A DNA stretch of 64,000 nt from Octopus vulgaris (Eukaryota). This document shows, piece by piece, positions 38,320 to 55,120 of this stretch (positions are counted from its first letter, which is position 1; each line of letters begins with the position of its first letter). The stretch covers positions 132,866,001 through 132,930,000 of the forward strand of contig OX597816.1 in NCBI GenBank assembly GCA_951406725.2. Direction: 5' to 3'. Under the pieces are notes generated by a model. It had not been told where the DNA came from. It ran no database searches and was given only the letters and a program-made list of their open reading frames with translations. Position numbers and translations under genes: made by a program.

Positions 38320-39910
38320 ATGACCTACTTTAATGAGCCTTTTAAGAAAGATGCATGTGGGGTACATGCTAGGCAGGGTGAAAGTAAACAACCTGTGGTT
38401 TATGGATGACTTAAAGCTATTCACTAAGACTGAGAAAGAAATTGAGAATTTGGTGGCAACTGTGCAGATGATTAGCAAAGATATTGGCATGGAATTTGGG
38501 ATTGAGAAATATGCTGTAATGATTCTCAAACGGGAAAAATCAGTAAACGCTAAGGGATCCAACTGGAAAGTGGTGAAACTATAAAGGAAGTCGGAGAGGA
38601 AGGATATAAGTACCTGGGTATCATTGAAAGAGATAAGATGAATGAACACAAGATGAAAGAAATGTACAAGAAAGAGTATTTGAGGAGAATTCAGCTTGTG
38701 CTCCAATTGAAGCTAAATGGCTGCTATAATATCAGAGCAATTAACACGTAGAAGATTGCTTTGATGAGATATGGGGCAGGAATAGTACCTTGGAAGAAGC
38801 ATAAATTACAAGAGATAGACCGGAGAACACATACATTAATGACAATGAACAAGGAACTACACCCCAAGAGTGATGTGTGAAGATGTTATGTAAAGAGGAG
38901 GGTGGGAAGATGGAGATTAGTGTGTTGTGAAGGTTGTGTAAGGGAAGAGGAGAATAGCCTGGCTTGATATGTCAAGGGGAGTAAAGAAGAAATGATTAAA
39001 GCAGTGAAAATGCTGGGAACCTTAAAAGTGAACAAAACCGTAAATGCAATACAATTTAAGAAAGACCAGAGAGAGCAGATGAAGAAAATTTGGCAGGACA
39101 AGAAAATGCACAGTCAGCTCTTGGAGAATAAAGATACGATTGGTTGGAATAGAGCCTGGCAATGGCTGCAGAAAGGAGACTTAATAGGGCCCACTGAGGC
39201 ATTAGTGTGCAGCACTCAAGAACAAGCTTTCAGAACAAACTACTCCAAATATCACATTGATAAAACACTGACTCACCACAGTGTAGGATGTGCTCTGAGA
39301 AGGGAGAAAGTATAAACCATATTGTTAGTGAGTGCTGTAAGCTCATACAATGTGAATATAAAAGGAGACATGACAATGTAGCTAGATATGTCCACTGGCT
39401 GTTAAGCAAACCCTGAGAGAGGCAGACAATGGTATGACCATAAATCAGAGGTAGTAATGGAAAACAAACATTACAAAATACTCTGGGATTTTAACATGCA
39501 GTGCAACCAAGTCATAGAGGCGAGACGACCAGATATCGTGCTCATCCATAAAGATGAAAAAGAAGTAAAGATAATAGATGTTGCAATACCAAGTGATTCG
39601 AAGGTGAAATGTAAGGAAACTGAAAAGATTGAGAAATACCAGCCACTACGGGATGAGATAGGAAAGTTGTGGGCATGAGGAAAGTAATGGTGTGACCGGT
39701 GGTAATTGGAGCATTAGGAGTAGTTTCCAAGGGCTTTGAAAAATATATTAAGAATATTGGAGCTTCTGTCAGGCTCAAGGTGATCCAGAAGACAGCAATG
39801 TTGGGTACAGCTCACATTCTAAGGAGAGTATTGTCTCTTTGAGTCACAGGAGAAGGTACTACTTGAAATCTCTGGTGATTTGCTGTTGCCTGCTTTCAAG
39901 TAAAGAATAA
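38320..39910 (+). mobile_element. Dong/R4-type LINE, 5'-truncated (RT C-terminus, CCHC finger, restriction-like endonuclease)
   Basis: LWFMDDLKLF, DIGMEFG, GYKYLG, QEQAFRTNY, CRMC...HIVSEC, YKRRHDNVA, ILWDF...RRPDIV...IIDVAIP...EKIEKY, IQKTAMLGTAHILRRVL*. Many stops. Confidence 0.92.
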
Positions 39911-40007
39911 CCATCATCATCATCATCATCATCATCCACTTTCCTTTCCATGCTAGCATGGGTTGGACCAGGAATTAAGAACTATCCAAGAGGCTTTCAT
40001 AATAATG

Positions 40008-40059
<52 letters not shown>

Positions 40060-40744
40060 ATTCAAATTTTGGCACAAAGCCAGTAATTTCAAGGAAAACA
40101 TTAAGTTGATTACATCGATCCAAGTGCTCAACTGATACTCATTTTATCGACCCTGAAAGGATGAATGGCAAAGTTGATATTGGTGGAATTTCAACTCAGA
40201 ATGTAAGGCCAGACCAAATACCACTAAGCGTTTTGCCTGGCATGCTAAGGATTCTGATAGCTCACCAACTTCATCATCATCATAATCATCATTTAACATC
40301 TGCTTTCCATGCTGGCATGAGCTGAATGGTATGATTGAGGACTGGCAAGCCAGGAGGCTGCACCAGGCTCCAGTCTGATTTGGCAAGGTTTCTACAGCTG
40401 GATGCCCTTCCTAATGCCAACCACTTCAAGAGTGTAGTGAGTGCTTTTTACGTGCCACCAGCATGGGGGCCAATCAGGCAGCACTGGCACTGGCCATGCT
40501 CAAATAGTGCTTTTTATGTGCCACAGGCATGGGAGCCAGTCAGGCGGCACTGTGGCACAAGGCCTGGAATTTTGGGGGTGGGTTTAAGTGATTACATCGA
40601 TCTCAGTATTCCGTTGGTACACAATTTATCAACTCCGAAAGGATGAAAGGCAAAGTTGACCTTGGCAGAATTTGAACTCAGAATGTGCAGATGGGCAAAA
40701 TACTTCTAAGCATTTATGCTGGTATGCTTTACGTTTTGAGTTCA

Positions 40745-43600
40745 AATTAGGAAAGTAAACAAGGATGTTCTAGAGGTCTATTATACTGCAATGAACTTTC
40801 CAACAGGGAGACTAAATACAGAACAAACATACTTAAATTGGAGAAAGAAAAACCCTACTAATAGACCATAACATAGACAAATTAGCTAATATTTGCAGGG
40901 ATATCATAAAGAAAAGGCTATTGATAGACCTGTATATCCAACAAATTCAGTTTTATATGTTCATACAAATATAGATGTGAATAATGATATAAAGCATCCT
41001 TCCACTGAGGAAGAAGAACCTAGTGTGACAAATACCCAAAATGAGGAATTCAACAAAATTGTCCCAGACACTGACATTGTTGAGAGTGGTTATAGTGAAA
41101 GTGGAAACACAGACACTGAAGCTGACAAGCTAAAAGCAAAAATTGCATCTGAGTGGCTGAAGGCCAACACACTGAGATTAATTGTATAAATACAAAAGGA
41201 ATTTATTTTGTGATTAATTTGAAGATTTTGGTTCTGATCACAATGAATTGGGAGACTGCAATGATCTTTCCAAGATTTGCAGCTCAAAATTATTAACCAA
41301 GGTAAATGCAGTTATAAAATCCATCTTGAGTGAAGATGAAGTCAATTTCACTTCACTGAATAATTTGTTTTATTCTGCAGCTTTAATAAACACTGCACCA
41401 TGTAGTATTCAAGTAAAGAGAAAAACTCAACATAAAAACAGGAAACCAGCATGGTGAGAGAGAACTAGGAATAAAATTAAGGTGCTCAGATCAGCTATTG
41501 AAATACTCAAGAAAATCAAGAGCAAAAAAAAATAACTGGAAAGAAAATATAATGTAAAAAGAACAAACAAAACTGATGAAGCAATTGAAAAATGATCAGG
41601 CAATCAAAACAGCACAGATAAAGAAGCTTGACAAAAGATAATCTTAAATGTCTATTATAGAAAAACTGCAAAAGATAATATAGTTATGAAGACCACATCT
41701 ACAGAGGGGTAAGTACAAAAGTTTTGCTCATCAATCTGGTCACATCCTAAAGAATACAACCATGATGCTCCCTGGATTAATCGACAAGTCAGAGACTCTG
41801 AACATATTAAAGAACAAAAACAGAAAGATATCTCAGTTGAAGATCTCAGGTCTGCATTGAGAAATTCTAGCAAATGGAAATCACCTGGGAAAGATAAAAT
41901 CTCTAACTTCTTGCTGAATGCTTTCACTGAATCTTACAGAGAACTGACTCACTTCTACAATAGCATTATACATGACCCTAGGAAAATCCCTCCTAGGATG
42001 GTAAATGGAGTGACTTAATTACTTACAACCATGTATAAAATACTAACATCTATCATTACTTATACCTTCCTGATGGATGACAAAATATTCAGCAGTGAAT
42101 GAAAAAGTTGTAAACATGGCTCATATGGTTGTAAAGACCTACTTTTAATCAATAAAAGGGTTCTTGAGGGCTGCCATGTATAACACAGAAAGCCTTCTTT
42201 TGCATGGATTGATTACAAAAATGCATTTGACAGCCTTTCCCATAGCTGGATTGAGAAATTCTTGGGAAGACAGCAACCATTAGAATAGACGCCTGCCTAA
42301 AGAATACCAGTAACTGGATGCATAAACTTGTATGCAAATATGTAAGTTCCAAAATAGTATTCATTATCAGAAAAAGTGAAGAAATATGTATAGGAATGAA
42401 AGATCAGCAAGACCAAGACTTAACTATCATAAATGAAACAGAAATCACTGTGATATCAAAACAAATAAAAGCAGGCCAAATGAAATGGATTCTCAGTGCA
42501 GCAGAATACATGGGAAAGTAAGGTGTTGTATGATAAATACCCTACAAGGGCCAAAATCTTGATGTAGATGCAAATAGAAGCATCATTAGATCAGTGTTTG
42601 GCTGCATTAAATCAGAAATAAGGGGCTTCATAAAGCTGCTTAGGATCAGTGTCTGGGCCACCAGAAACTATCAAGCAAGCATTCTTCAAAATGGTGTTGA
42701 TCCTGCCTACTGCTTTTGTGGTGCAACCAAGGAGCAATTGACCACCTAATCTCTGGATGGTAGATGCTGTATGCTTCCTCAAATGAATATATTAAGAGCC
42801 ATGATAGACTTGGCCAGTATTTATACTGGATCATATGCCATACATCTGGTTTCCTTATATGAGAACAGGTGGGATCATAAGCCTGCCAAAGTAGTAGAAA
42901 ATGAAGAAACCACAGTTCTTTGGGACTTTAGTAGTGAAACTGGTCATGCTATATAGACAAATAGACTAGATATTGTAGTAAAAGATCATGTTGACAAAAT
43001 ATATCAGCTCACAAACTGCAACACCTTAGTAAAATATTGAAAAGTTAAGTAAATATAAGGACCTCAGAATAGATGTCTCAAAAGAACAGTGAATGTATCT
43101 GTGATCTTTGGAGTTTTGAGGACAATACGAAATGGTGCTCTTAAACACTATAGCCAAATACCAGCTTCAAATTAGGTAGCAGTGAACTACTTACATTTAG
43201 AAGAGAGAGAGAGAGAGAGAGTGAGAATGAATTGGTGGTATCTCAAAAGAGCTCGATAGTAGTGATAAGGTGTCCAAGTGGCACCTCAGGTAGGAGGAAA
43301 AATACATATACAACATATACTATAAAAAATTATGCTCATGGGTACTTCCCACATCCCAAGAAAGATATTGTCAACTTGAAAATACTGATTCTTCTAAAAC
43401 TTTTTAAAAACTGAAACATTACAAATTTAACAGAATCTTAGTTCTCAGATTCTGGCCTCCTTCCCATAAAGTATATCCATGCTAGTCAAAAATAACATCC
43501 ACAGTAAAACGTCCAACTTTCAGTTAATTGAAGTCTCTGGGTGAGACTTGGAACAATTCGTATGAAACAAAACAACAATTATGTAAACAACAATAGTAAT
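40745..43600 (+). mobile_element. Older, heavily decayed near-full-length Dong/R4-type LINE
   Basis: VNKDVLEVYY N-terminus, LNNLFYSAA, KPAW, KWKSPGKDKI, TMYKILTSII, AWIDYK.AFDS, WDHKPAKVVENEETTVLWDF and DIVVKD; UTR-like GTCTCTGGGTGAGACTTGG running into AAT-like repeats. Confidence 0.8.
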
Positions 43601-43914
43601 AATAGTTTCAAATTTTGGCACACTGCTAGCAATTTTAAGGGTGAAGGTAAGTCAGTTACATCAACCCCAGCATTTGACTGATAGTTATTTCATTGACCTC
43701 AAAAGGACAACAAAGTCAACCTTAGCAGCATTTGAACTCAAAAATGTAAAGCCAGATGAAAAGTTGCTAAGATTGTGGTCCAGTGTGTTCACAAACAATA
43801 AAAGCAATAATAATAATAAAATACAGAAACAAAATGGAGTTTCAAAATATACTGAAGAAAAAATACGGAGAGAAAAATTGCTTCTGGCTAATACACCATA
43901 AGGCTCTGTAGGGA

Positions 43915-44270
43915 GGAAATAAGTCACTCTTGCTTCACATCCACCACTTACATCCACCCTATCTCTCAAATAGCAAAACCCTCTCACCGTTTCCACCTCA
44001 TCACATAGCATTTCCACTGGTTCCACCAGCTCCTTTCTCACATCTTCCATAAACAAACTCTCTCACCAGTCTTGAGGTCACCTTCTTCATTTTCATACAC
44101 CGTGAATCCATTTCTCACATCTCGTACACACCACCATATTTGCCATTACCCTTCTCCCACATATACCACATGGGTCCACCTTACTCACTAACACTTCTCC
44201 TTCCACTCCACTCACCACCACCTTTGTCTGCTTGAGGTTTACCTTCAAACCCTTGCTTTCAAACGCCTAA
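43915..44270 (-). mobile_element. RTE LINE RT fragment with Cys-rich (PHD-like) insert
   Basis: FESKGLKVNLKQTKVVV...DPCGICGRRVMANMVVCTRCEKWIH...EVETVRGFCYLRDRVDVSGGCEA. Confidence 0.85.
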
Positions 44271-46563
44271 TTGGAAATATATTTTCAAGATATAGAGAGT
44301 AATTTTTGGTGACATTTCCCTGTCAACAAATCAGCCAGTGGCTCTGTGCTTTCAGAGACAAATGGAACATAAACTCCCTAGTTTGAAATACAGTTACATG
44401 TGAGTGACAGGAAGAGCATGCAGCTGTAAAGGTAATGCCTCTATTTTCATCTAAATGATACTAGCATTGAAAATAGACAAAAAACTAAACAAACAGATGA
44501 CCAAAAACCTATCAGGCAACTAATTTTATATTAATAATAGATACCTCTTTAACATCTGAAAAATGATAAATACAGAATATTTTCCAAGCTTATGGTAACT
44601 GACAAGCTTGATGTAGCTTTAAAATTATCGAACAAGACATGTGGTTTATACATTAAGCACGTTTTCGATGATGTGGGAGCTAGCAGCAAAATGACTGATC
44701 GTTTTAGCTGCCACATCATTAGTCCACATGTGATGAGTTCATTCCATGGAATATTCCTTTCACTGTGCCTTTTGATACACTAATTATGTCAACTTACCAA
44801 GCATATAATTAGATGCCATTCCCATTTCAGCATTCAGTGATTAGCATTAAGGAGTACACCCATCCATGAAATATCTCGCCATCAATATGTGCAAGTGTAT
44901 AAATCAGTATGATTGGTTTATAAATAACTGTTTAAACTATGAAACCAAAGAAAAATTAAAAGTAAAAATATCAGTGGGTTCCTTTTAACTTTATTTCTTC
45001 AGATAATGACATCATTGTCTGGTGAAGATGTGTTTTTAGAGAATTTTAATATAGTAGTAGTTTTAGTGTGTTGTATCCCATAATTTCAAATAGTATATTC
45101 TTTGTGCAGTGGAACCCGATAGAACTTTTTCCCTTCATGTTATGTAACTAGAGCAAGTCAGCTTGGTGGAGATCATTTCTTAATACACAACATTTCTGAG
45201 AAGATTTGGTACTATAAGCAAAAGAAACATCGCTTCCATCACTTACAAAAGTGTTCAATGCCTATTACTTGATAAATTCTAGGAAACTAATTCAGGTCAA
45301 AATACTGTGTCTTGCAATCCATTAGCATTCTGGGAAACATGTTGCGTTTTTAACATAAAGGTCTCTTTGAGAGAAAATATTACAGCAAGTGCCATCCACA
45401 TTCGTATACACGTTATAAATTCGTATACACCAGTATTTTACGCTAAGGCTGTTTCAAGTGTTTATATTAATTTAAATCCATTAACTCTGTTTTTATGCTC
45501 AACAGAAAAGAGAAAAGAAACATGACTTAATTAAAAATATCATAAATGTAAATATAAAATGAACACTAATTGTCAGCACCATACCTTTTATATATGGTTC
45601 CAGGTTATGACCCCTGAGTACCACAGAAAAATTATAACATAATTCTGCAGCAATTATGCTTGCTCAACAGAAAAAAATGAGATTATGTGGTGTGGTAGAA
45701 ACCAGAATAAATTCATTTTTAACACTGGTCCGAACTATAGACAGGTTGACAATGAAAATGATAGTCAAAGACAAAAGCATGAACCTGCTCCAGTGTATCT
45801 AAAATCAACTCAAACGTGAAAGAAGACTATTAACAGACTAGTGTGATGTGTGACTCAGCTCACAAGAAACAGAATTTAATTTAAATAAACAATGCACACT
45901 TTCTCTTCCACTTTCTTTGAATGTATATATAAATGTATGTGTGCATGTTTAGATACATGCTCACACATACATACATAAATACATACACACACATTCTTTT
46001 TCTTTAAGCAATATACTATTAAAGAATATACTATTCTTTAAGCAATATACTAAAAAAAAACTTTAAATTTTAAATTTTAAATTCAGATCACAATTTGTTA
46101 TTCTGTTTTAATGTTTCATAACATTTAAAATTTTTTTTATTCGTTTAGTATTATTGCTTAATAGCATTTATTTAATATTGTTTTCTTAATCATTGCCCAA
46201 TTCAATTTGTATAATATGTATATAAATTTTTAACCCACTTTTCTTTAACTTTAAATTTCATTATAATTCTTTCTGATTTAATGTACTAACAAGTATCCAT
46301 TGGACAATGATGATGTTTGTAATTAAAAACTATGTTAAGTATTATAAATTCATTAACAAATGTTAATTTAATTTATTTCCAATAGTTGTTCTTAATTTAT
46401 TGGTCCAATAGTTTTCACTAAATGATTATTGTGATAATAAAAGACAATAACTGAATTTAGAACTATTTTATTTGTTTGTTTGTTTGTTTATTCATCTATT
46501 TATCTATCTACTAATTATTCATTTATTTTTACCTAACTTGTTTATTATTAATTTTCTATGCTT

Positions 46564-47176
46564 TTAACCTTTAGCATTCAGATTACTCAAATGTCTTGGT
46601 TTCTCTCTCTTTCTTTTTTACTTGTTTCAGTCATTTGAGTGCAGCCATGCTGGAGCACTGCCTTTAGTCAAGCAAATCGACCCCAGTACTTATTCTTTGT
46701 AAGCCTAGTACTTATTCTATCGGTCTCTTTTTGCTGAACCACTAAGTTACAGGGATGTAAACATACCAGCATCGGTTGTCAAGTGATGTTGGGGGAACAA
46801 ACACAGACATGCAAACATATACACACACATACACATATATATATACATATATACGATTGCTTCTTTCAGTTTCTGTCTACCAAATCCACTCACAAGGCTT
46901 TGGTTGGCCCGAGGCGAAAGCAGAAGACGTGCCATGCAGTAGGAATGAACCCGGAACCATGTGGTTGGTAAGCAAGCTACTTACCACACAGCCACTCCTG
47001 TGCCTATTCATTCTCATTGTTTTATAGCTAGTAGCTTTGAAATTTCAATGATGTGATTGTTTATTTTTAGAATGACATTGTAGGGTAGGTATGAGAAGCT
47101 TGATCTGGCTGGTTTAAACATAAATCAGGTAGAATATTTTGGTTGGATATGACCAGTTTAAATGGTAAATGGCTGA
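46564..47176. mobile_element. TTAA (piggyBac-like) MITE split by a family B SINE (46610-47003, -)
   Basis: TTAACCTTTAGCATT start. The right part matches the MITE at 61402-61617 (ATTTCAATGATGTGAT...TTTTAGAATG...GTTTAAATG). Confidence 0.75.
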
Positions 47177-47647
47177 ACTTTTCACTTGATCTATTTTTAA
47201 TCAAATTTAATTCACACAATTATTTTCACAGCATCGTAAGAGAATTGGAGAGATGGCAACTCAAAGAAGCCTGTCATATATGTAAAATATGTGTGTGTGT
47301 GTGTATGCGAGTGTTTCCTTGTTTTGACATCATGTGTTAGCTGTAAACAAATGTCACCATCATTGAAATAATGTTATTTGTTTTCCATCTTCTATAGAAA
47401 CATATCTTGCCATGGAGGTAAAAATTTCTTGCTTGGAAAAGGTGAGGGCTGGTGACAGGAAAGGCATCCAACCTTAGAAAATCTGCCTCATTAAATTCCA
47501 TCTGACCCATGAAAATATGGAAAAAGGGACATTAAAATGATGATGACAATGTCGATTATACTAGTAACAATCATTATCACTAAAATAAGAATTTTATTCA
47601 TTTACCTACTTCACTGTCAACATTATTCTTGTTAAAGAATTATATAT

Positions 47648-47683
<36 letters not shown>

Positions 47684-47877
47684 CATCATCATCATCGTTT
47701 AGCGTCCGTTTTCCATGCTAGCATGGGTTGGATGGTTCTACTGGGGTCTGTGAAGCCAGAAGGCTTCATCAGGCCCAGTCAAATCTGGCAGTGTTTCTAC
47801 GGCTGGATGCCCTTCCTAACGTCAACCACTCCGTGAGTGTAGTGGGTGCTTTTTACGTGCCACCCGCACAGGTTCCA

Positions 47878-51105
<3,228 letters not shown>

Positions 51106-51559
51106 GGAGTGATTGGCATTAGGAAGGTTATCCTGCTGTAGAAACCAACTCAAAACAGACTGGAGCTTGGTGCAGCACTCCAGCTTACCAGCTTCAGTCA
51201 AACCATCTTACCCATGCTAGTATGAAAAACGGACACTAAATGATGATGATGATGCACACACACACACACACACACAGACACACACACAATCACACACACA
51301 CACACATATGTATATGTATATATGTCTCTGTTCCCTGCTTGACAACCAGTGTTGGTTTGTTTATGCCCCTGTAATATAGGGGTTTAGCAAAAGAGACTTA
51401 TAGAATAAATACCAGACTTAAAAAAACAAATATAAGTACTAGGGTTTATCTGTTTATCTAAAGGCCTCAAAAGTGGTTCCCAAGCATGACTGCCATCCAA
51501 TGACTGAATCGAGTAAAAGATAAAAGATAAAAGATGTAGCAAGTGTTAAAACTGAAAGT

Positions 51560-51920
51560 AAGAAACATGCCAATGTTTTGCTTTGAGGTGTTGTGAAGTA
51601 AAGCTGTGTGTTTATACAAATCAATGTGTCATTGAGGAATGATGGTGAACTTGTCCTCACTGACACTGACAAAAGAAAAAAGGAAGAAAAAGAAGATATG
51701 GGAAATTTATTATTGGAGATTGCTGAATGAAGAGAATGTATGAGAAAGAGAGATGGTTAACAACAAATAAACCAAAAAGAGAAATCAGCTGTTGAATCTG
51801 ATAGCTTAACAGTGGAGAGTATGATTAGGAATATAAAAGCAAGGAAAGCAGCTGGACCATCAGGTATGGTTGCTGAGATACTGAAAATATCTGGTGAAGA
51901 AAGATTTATGACAATTACTT
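51560..51920 (+). mobile_element. RTE LINE endonuclease-RT linker remnant
   Basis: WEIYYWRLLNEENV...VESMIRNIKARKAAGPSGMVAEILKISG. Confidence 0.75.
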
Positions 51921-51949
51921 TAATGAAACATGTTGTAAGATTATTTATC

Positions 51950-52028
<79 letters not shown>

Positions 52029-52502
52029 AGATGTGTTAGAGACTATTTGGTTCTTGCCGTAAGGGTAAAAAAAAAATTACTGTTTATTATTTTCATGCTT
52101 TGGAGAGATGTAAAACTGGAAACATCAATGTAGACATGTTGGTTTGGAAATATTTACTTTTTGATCTGAACACCTCTGAGAAGCTAGGTCTTCTACCTAT
52201 TAGCTTTTGTCTATTAGCTTCAAGGAACAATTAAATACAAGTTTCGGTTTATAACATATTTAAATAACTCAGACAAGTGAATGCATTCAACTTTATCTGT
52301 TGTTCTTGTCAACTACTTGGAAAAGCCACTTCAGGCCGTTCTGAAATTGGATCAAGTATTGACATAAACATAGACGATTCTCGAAGATACTGGTGTATGC
52401 AGAGCAAATAGACACACTTGTACAAATACTTCATGTTCTTTTGGATTACTGTCTACATTTATTTTGATTTTGCTTCCTCTCTACTATCACATTTCCCATT
52501 AT

Positions 52503-52668
52503 TTCAACTAAGCTCAATTTTTCTCCTCTTCCTTCAACTCAGTTCAATTTCTTTTTTTTCTCCTTTCCATCTCAGCTCAATTTCTCTCCTCTTCCTTCCA
52601 CTCAGCTCACTGTCTTTCCTCTTCCTTCAGTTGAGTTCAATTTCTCCCCTTTTCCTTCAACTCAACTT
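52503..52668. repeat. ~30-bp pyrimidine-rich minisatellite, about 5-6 diverged copies
   Basis: Unit approximately TTCAACTCAGCTCAATTTCTCTCCTCTTCC. Confidence 0.8.
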
Positions 52669-53009
52669 TTACTTCTCTTTCTTACACACAGCACCATTTC
52701 TCCTCTCCCCACATTATTTTGCTCAACTTTGTCTCCCTTCCCCTTCATCTCTAAATGTGTAAGTTCATGTCTATGTAATATGTACATATACTTTCAGTCC
52801 ACTCTATGTATGTGTGTACCTCTCACACCTTCCATTTCATATATAACATCCTCGTCGTCGTCGTCGTCATCATTGTCATCGTCATCATCATCATCATCAT
52901 CATTTTCATAAAAATTATACCTGTCAAGTACAGATATGGCTGCATAGTTGCAGGCATGACTGTTTGGTTAAGAAGTTCAATTTCTAACCACGTGGTTTGG
53001 ATTTGTCCT

Positions 53010-55120
53010 TCTTCCTAAGCCATCCTGCATCTTCCACCTCAACACCTATATCCCAAATGATTTCCAATGCTATACAGTTCGCACCATATGATCTCTTTAT
53101 TTGTTTCAGGCATGTACCAGCTGCCCTTCACTGGCTCCTCAGCTCACACTCTCTCCAAGACATCTCACATAATTGCCATCGTCTTCTCTTCCACTTTATC
53201 ACCCCAGTCCACTCTTGCTTGCCGTTTGAAGTCGCTACATGACATTGGGTACTATCCTGTGACAGGATAGTGACCCACCAATTTCCCGCACATGGAGAAC
53301 AGCCCTCACCTATTCATATCCTGATTTAGGTCCAGTGCAATTAAAGATAAGACACATGCTTCTTCAATTCCCTGAAGTCCAGTGCCAGTTGAACCTTATT
53401 CTCTGTTGGTCACACCACAACCATCTATGGCAGCACACCACTCATTGCCTCCTCTCTCCATGGCATCATAATGCCCTCGTCTCTCTCTTGAGCTCAAACC
53501 TGGCTTCTCCTTTTAGCATGTGCTCATAGCAACTCACCCTAATTTCTAGTACAGGAGGCGTTCTTGTTTCCACTAGTATTCTACTGTCCATATTTCACTG
53601 TTGAACTTAACATGGAAGTCCTCATCTCCAATTGTGCCTATTGTACTTCCTCTTTCTGCTGGTAACCTGTCACTCTTACAGCCTTCTTCCTCCACTCCAT
53701 GCTCACAGCACACAAATGTTACTCCTGTTCTGCCAACTGTCACACTGCCTGATTGTGTGATCACATCCGTTCTGACTACTATGTTGATGCTGTCCACCAC
53801 CCCATCAACTACAATCCCTTCTAACTTCAACACTGACCCCTGTGTCTCCAGTTCCACTTCACTGATGTCTCTATATTTGATCTCCCTGCCATCCACTGCA
53901 CTGAGACTGATGTTTCCTCTTCAGCTCTCAACCATTCTCATGGTTACAGGGTGGTTGTACAAACCATGTCCACAAGGGCTCATGCTTCCCTCACCTCTAG
54001 CATAAGCCTCACTACAGGCAACGAATAGTGGTGTGCCTTCAATTGGTCGTGGAGGGAACTGGTGATGCAGTAGTTCCCTTCTTCTCATTTCCCTGCTTGC
54101 AATAGTTCCTGATGTGCCCAGGTTGGCCATATCAGTAATACACTACCATTGGTTTAGGTTCTGCACATACTGTGACCATGTGCAGACCTCAACATCTGAA
54201 GCATAATCCTTTGGCTGTTTTCCTCACCAGCCTCTTGCTGTCGTTGTTTGTTGCCTACCTCTTCATTCTTCTTGTATCCGCCATTACTGTTGCTGCTATG
54301 TTGTGTGTTGTTTTGTGTCAACAACCACATTTTATCCACCATTTCTCCTACTGACATCATTTTGATGTCTGGCATCTGCTGCAGAGATATGGTCAGAGAA
54401 ACCCATCACAAAAGTCAACTTCACCATCCTCTTCATCGCTGCTTCAGTAAACCCTGCTAAGCCCACCAGCTTTCTAATCCAGTAAACCCTGCTAAACATG
54501 CCAGCCTTCTAATTTTGTTCATGTAGTCATCTATCTGCTCGCCCATCCAACTTATTCTCCTGAGGTTATTGTAGGCTTTAAAAGCATCCTCCATGCATGC
54601 TTCCTTCAGTTGCTCTTCAATCTTTTCAACTTTCTTCAGGTCCACTTTGTCTACTTCCATGTACAGATTCAGTGCATTGCCTTCTAAGTACAGCAGCATA
54701 AGGCTAACCATATCATCTGTACTCTACAGCTTTGCTACAAGTTTCACCTTTTTTATTCTCAACACATCACTGTTAATTCTGACTTTTGTGGCTATCGCAT
54801 GTTGGTGGTCGGGAAGGCTGGAGTGTAAACATGAGGAGAACACAGATTTGAAGAAGAAAAACACAAAAACTATAACTCCCTGATGTATCTTCATGACTGA
54901 TAATGATGAGCCAAAATAGCTTGTTGTTGAAAAGCACGAAATAAAGTTGCTCATACCTCAAGTTGCAATCAGTGACAATAACTCCAAATGTCTGGTCACA
55001 AGAAAAACCAGCCAGATCTCAATCGTAATATGCATCAATTCAGTAGATTCCTTGCCAGCTAGGACCACTACACCACAACTGCTAGCAGTGTACAACTTGC
55101 CTCACACACAGACCTCATAA
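53010..55120 (-). mobile_element. Gypsy-like LTR retrotransposon remnant (5' LTR - gag - zinc knuckles - protease - RT start)
   Basis: LTR-like block ~55120-54800 starting TTATGAGG and ending CCAACA. gag: IKKVKLVAKL...LYLEGNALNLY...DAFKAY; knuckle remnants CFRC...H and GQPGHIRNYC; decayed protease (DTGCTTTL-like); then LALDFREL. Confidence 0.85.
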
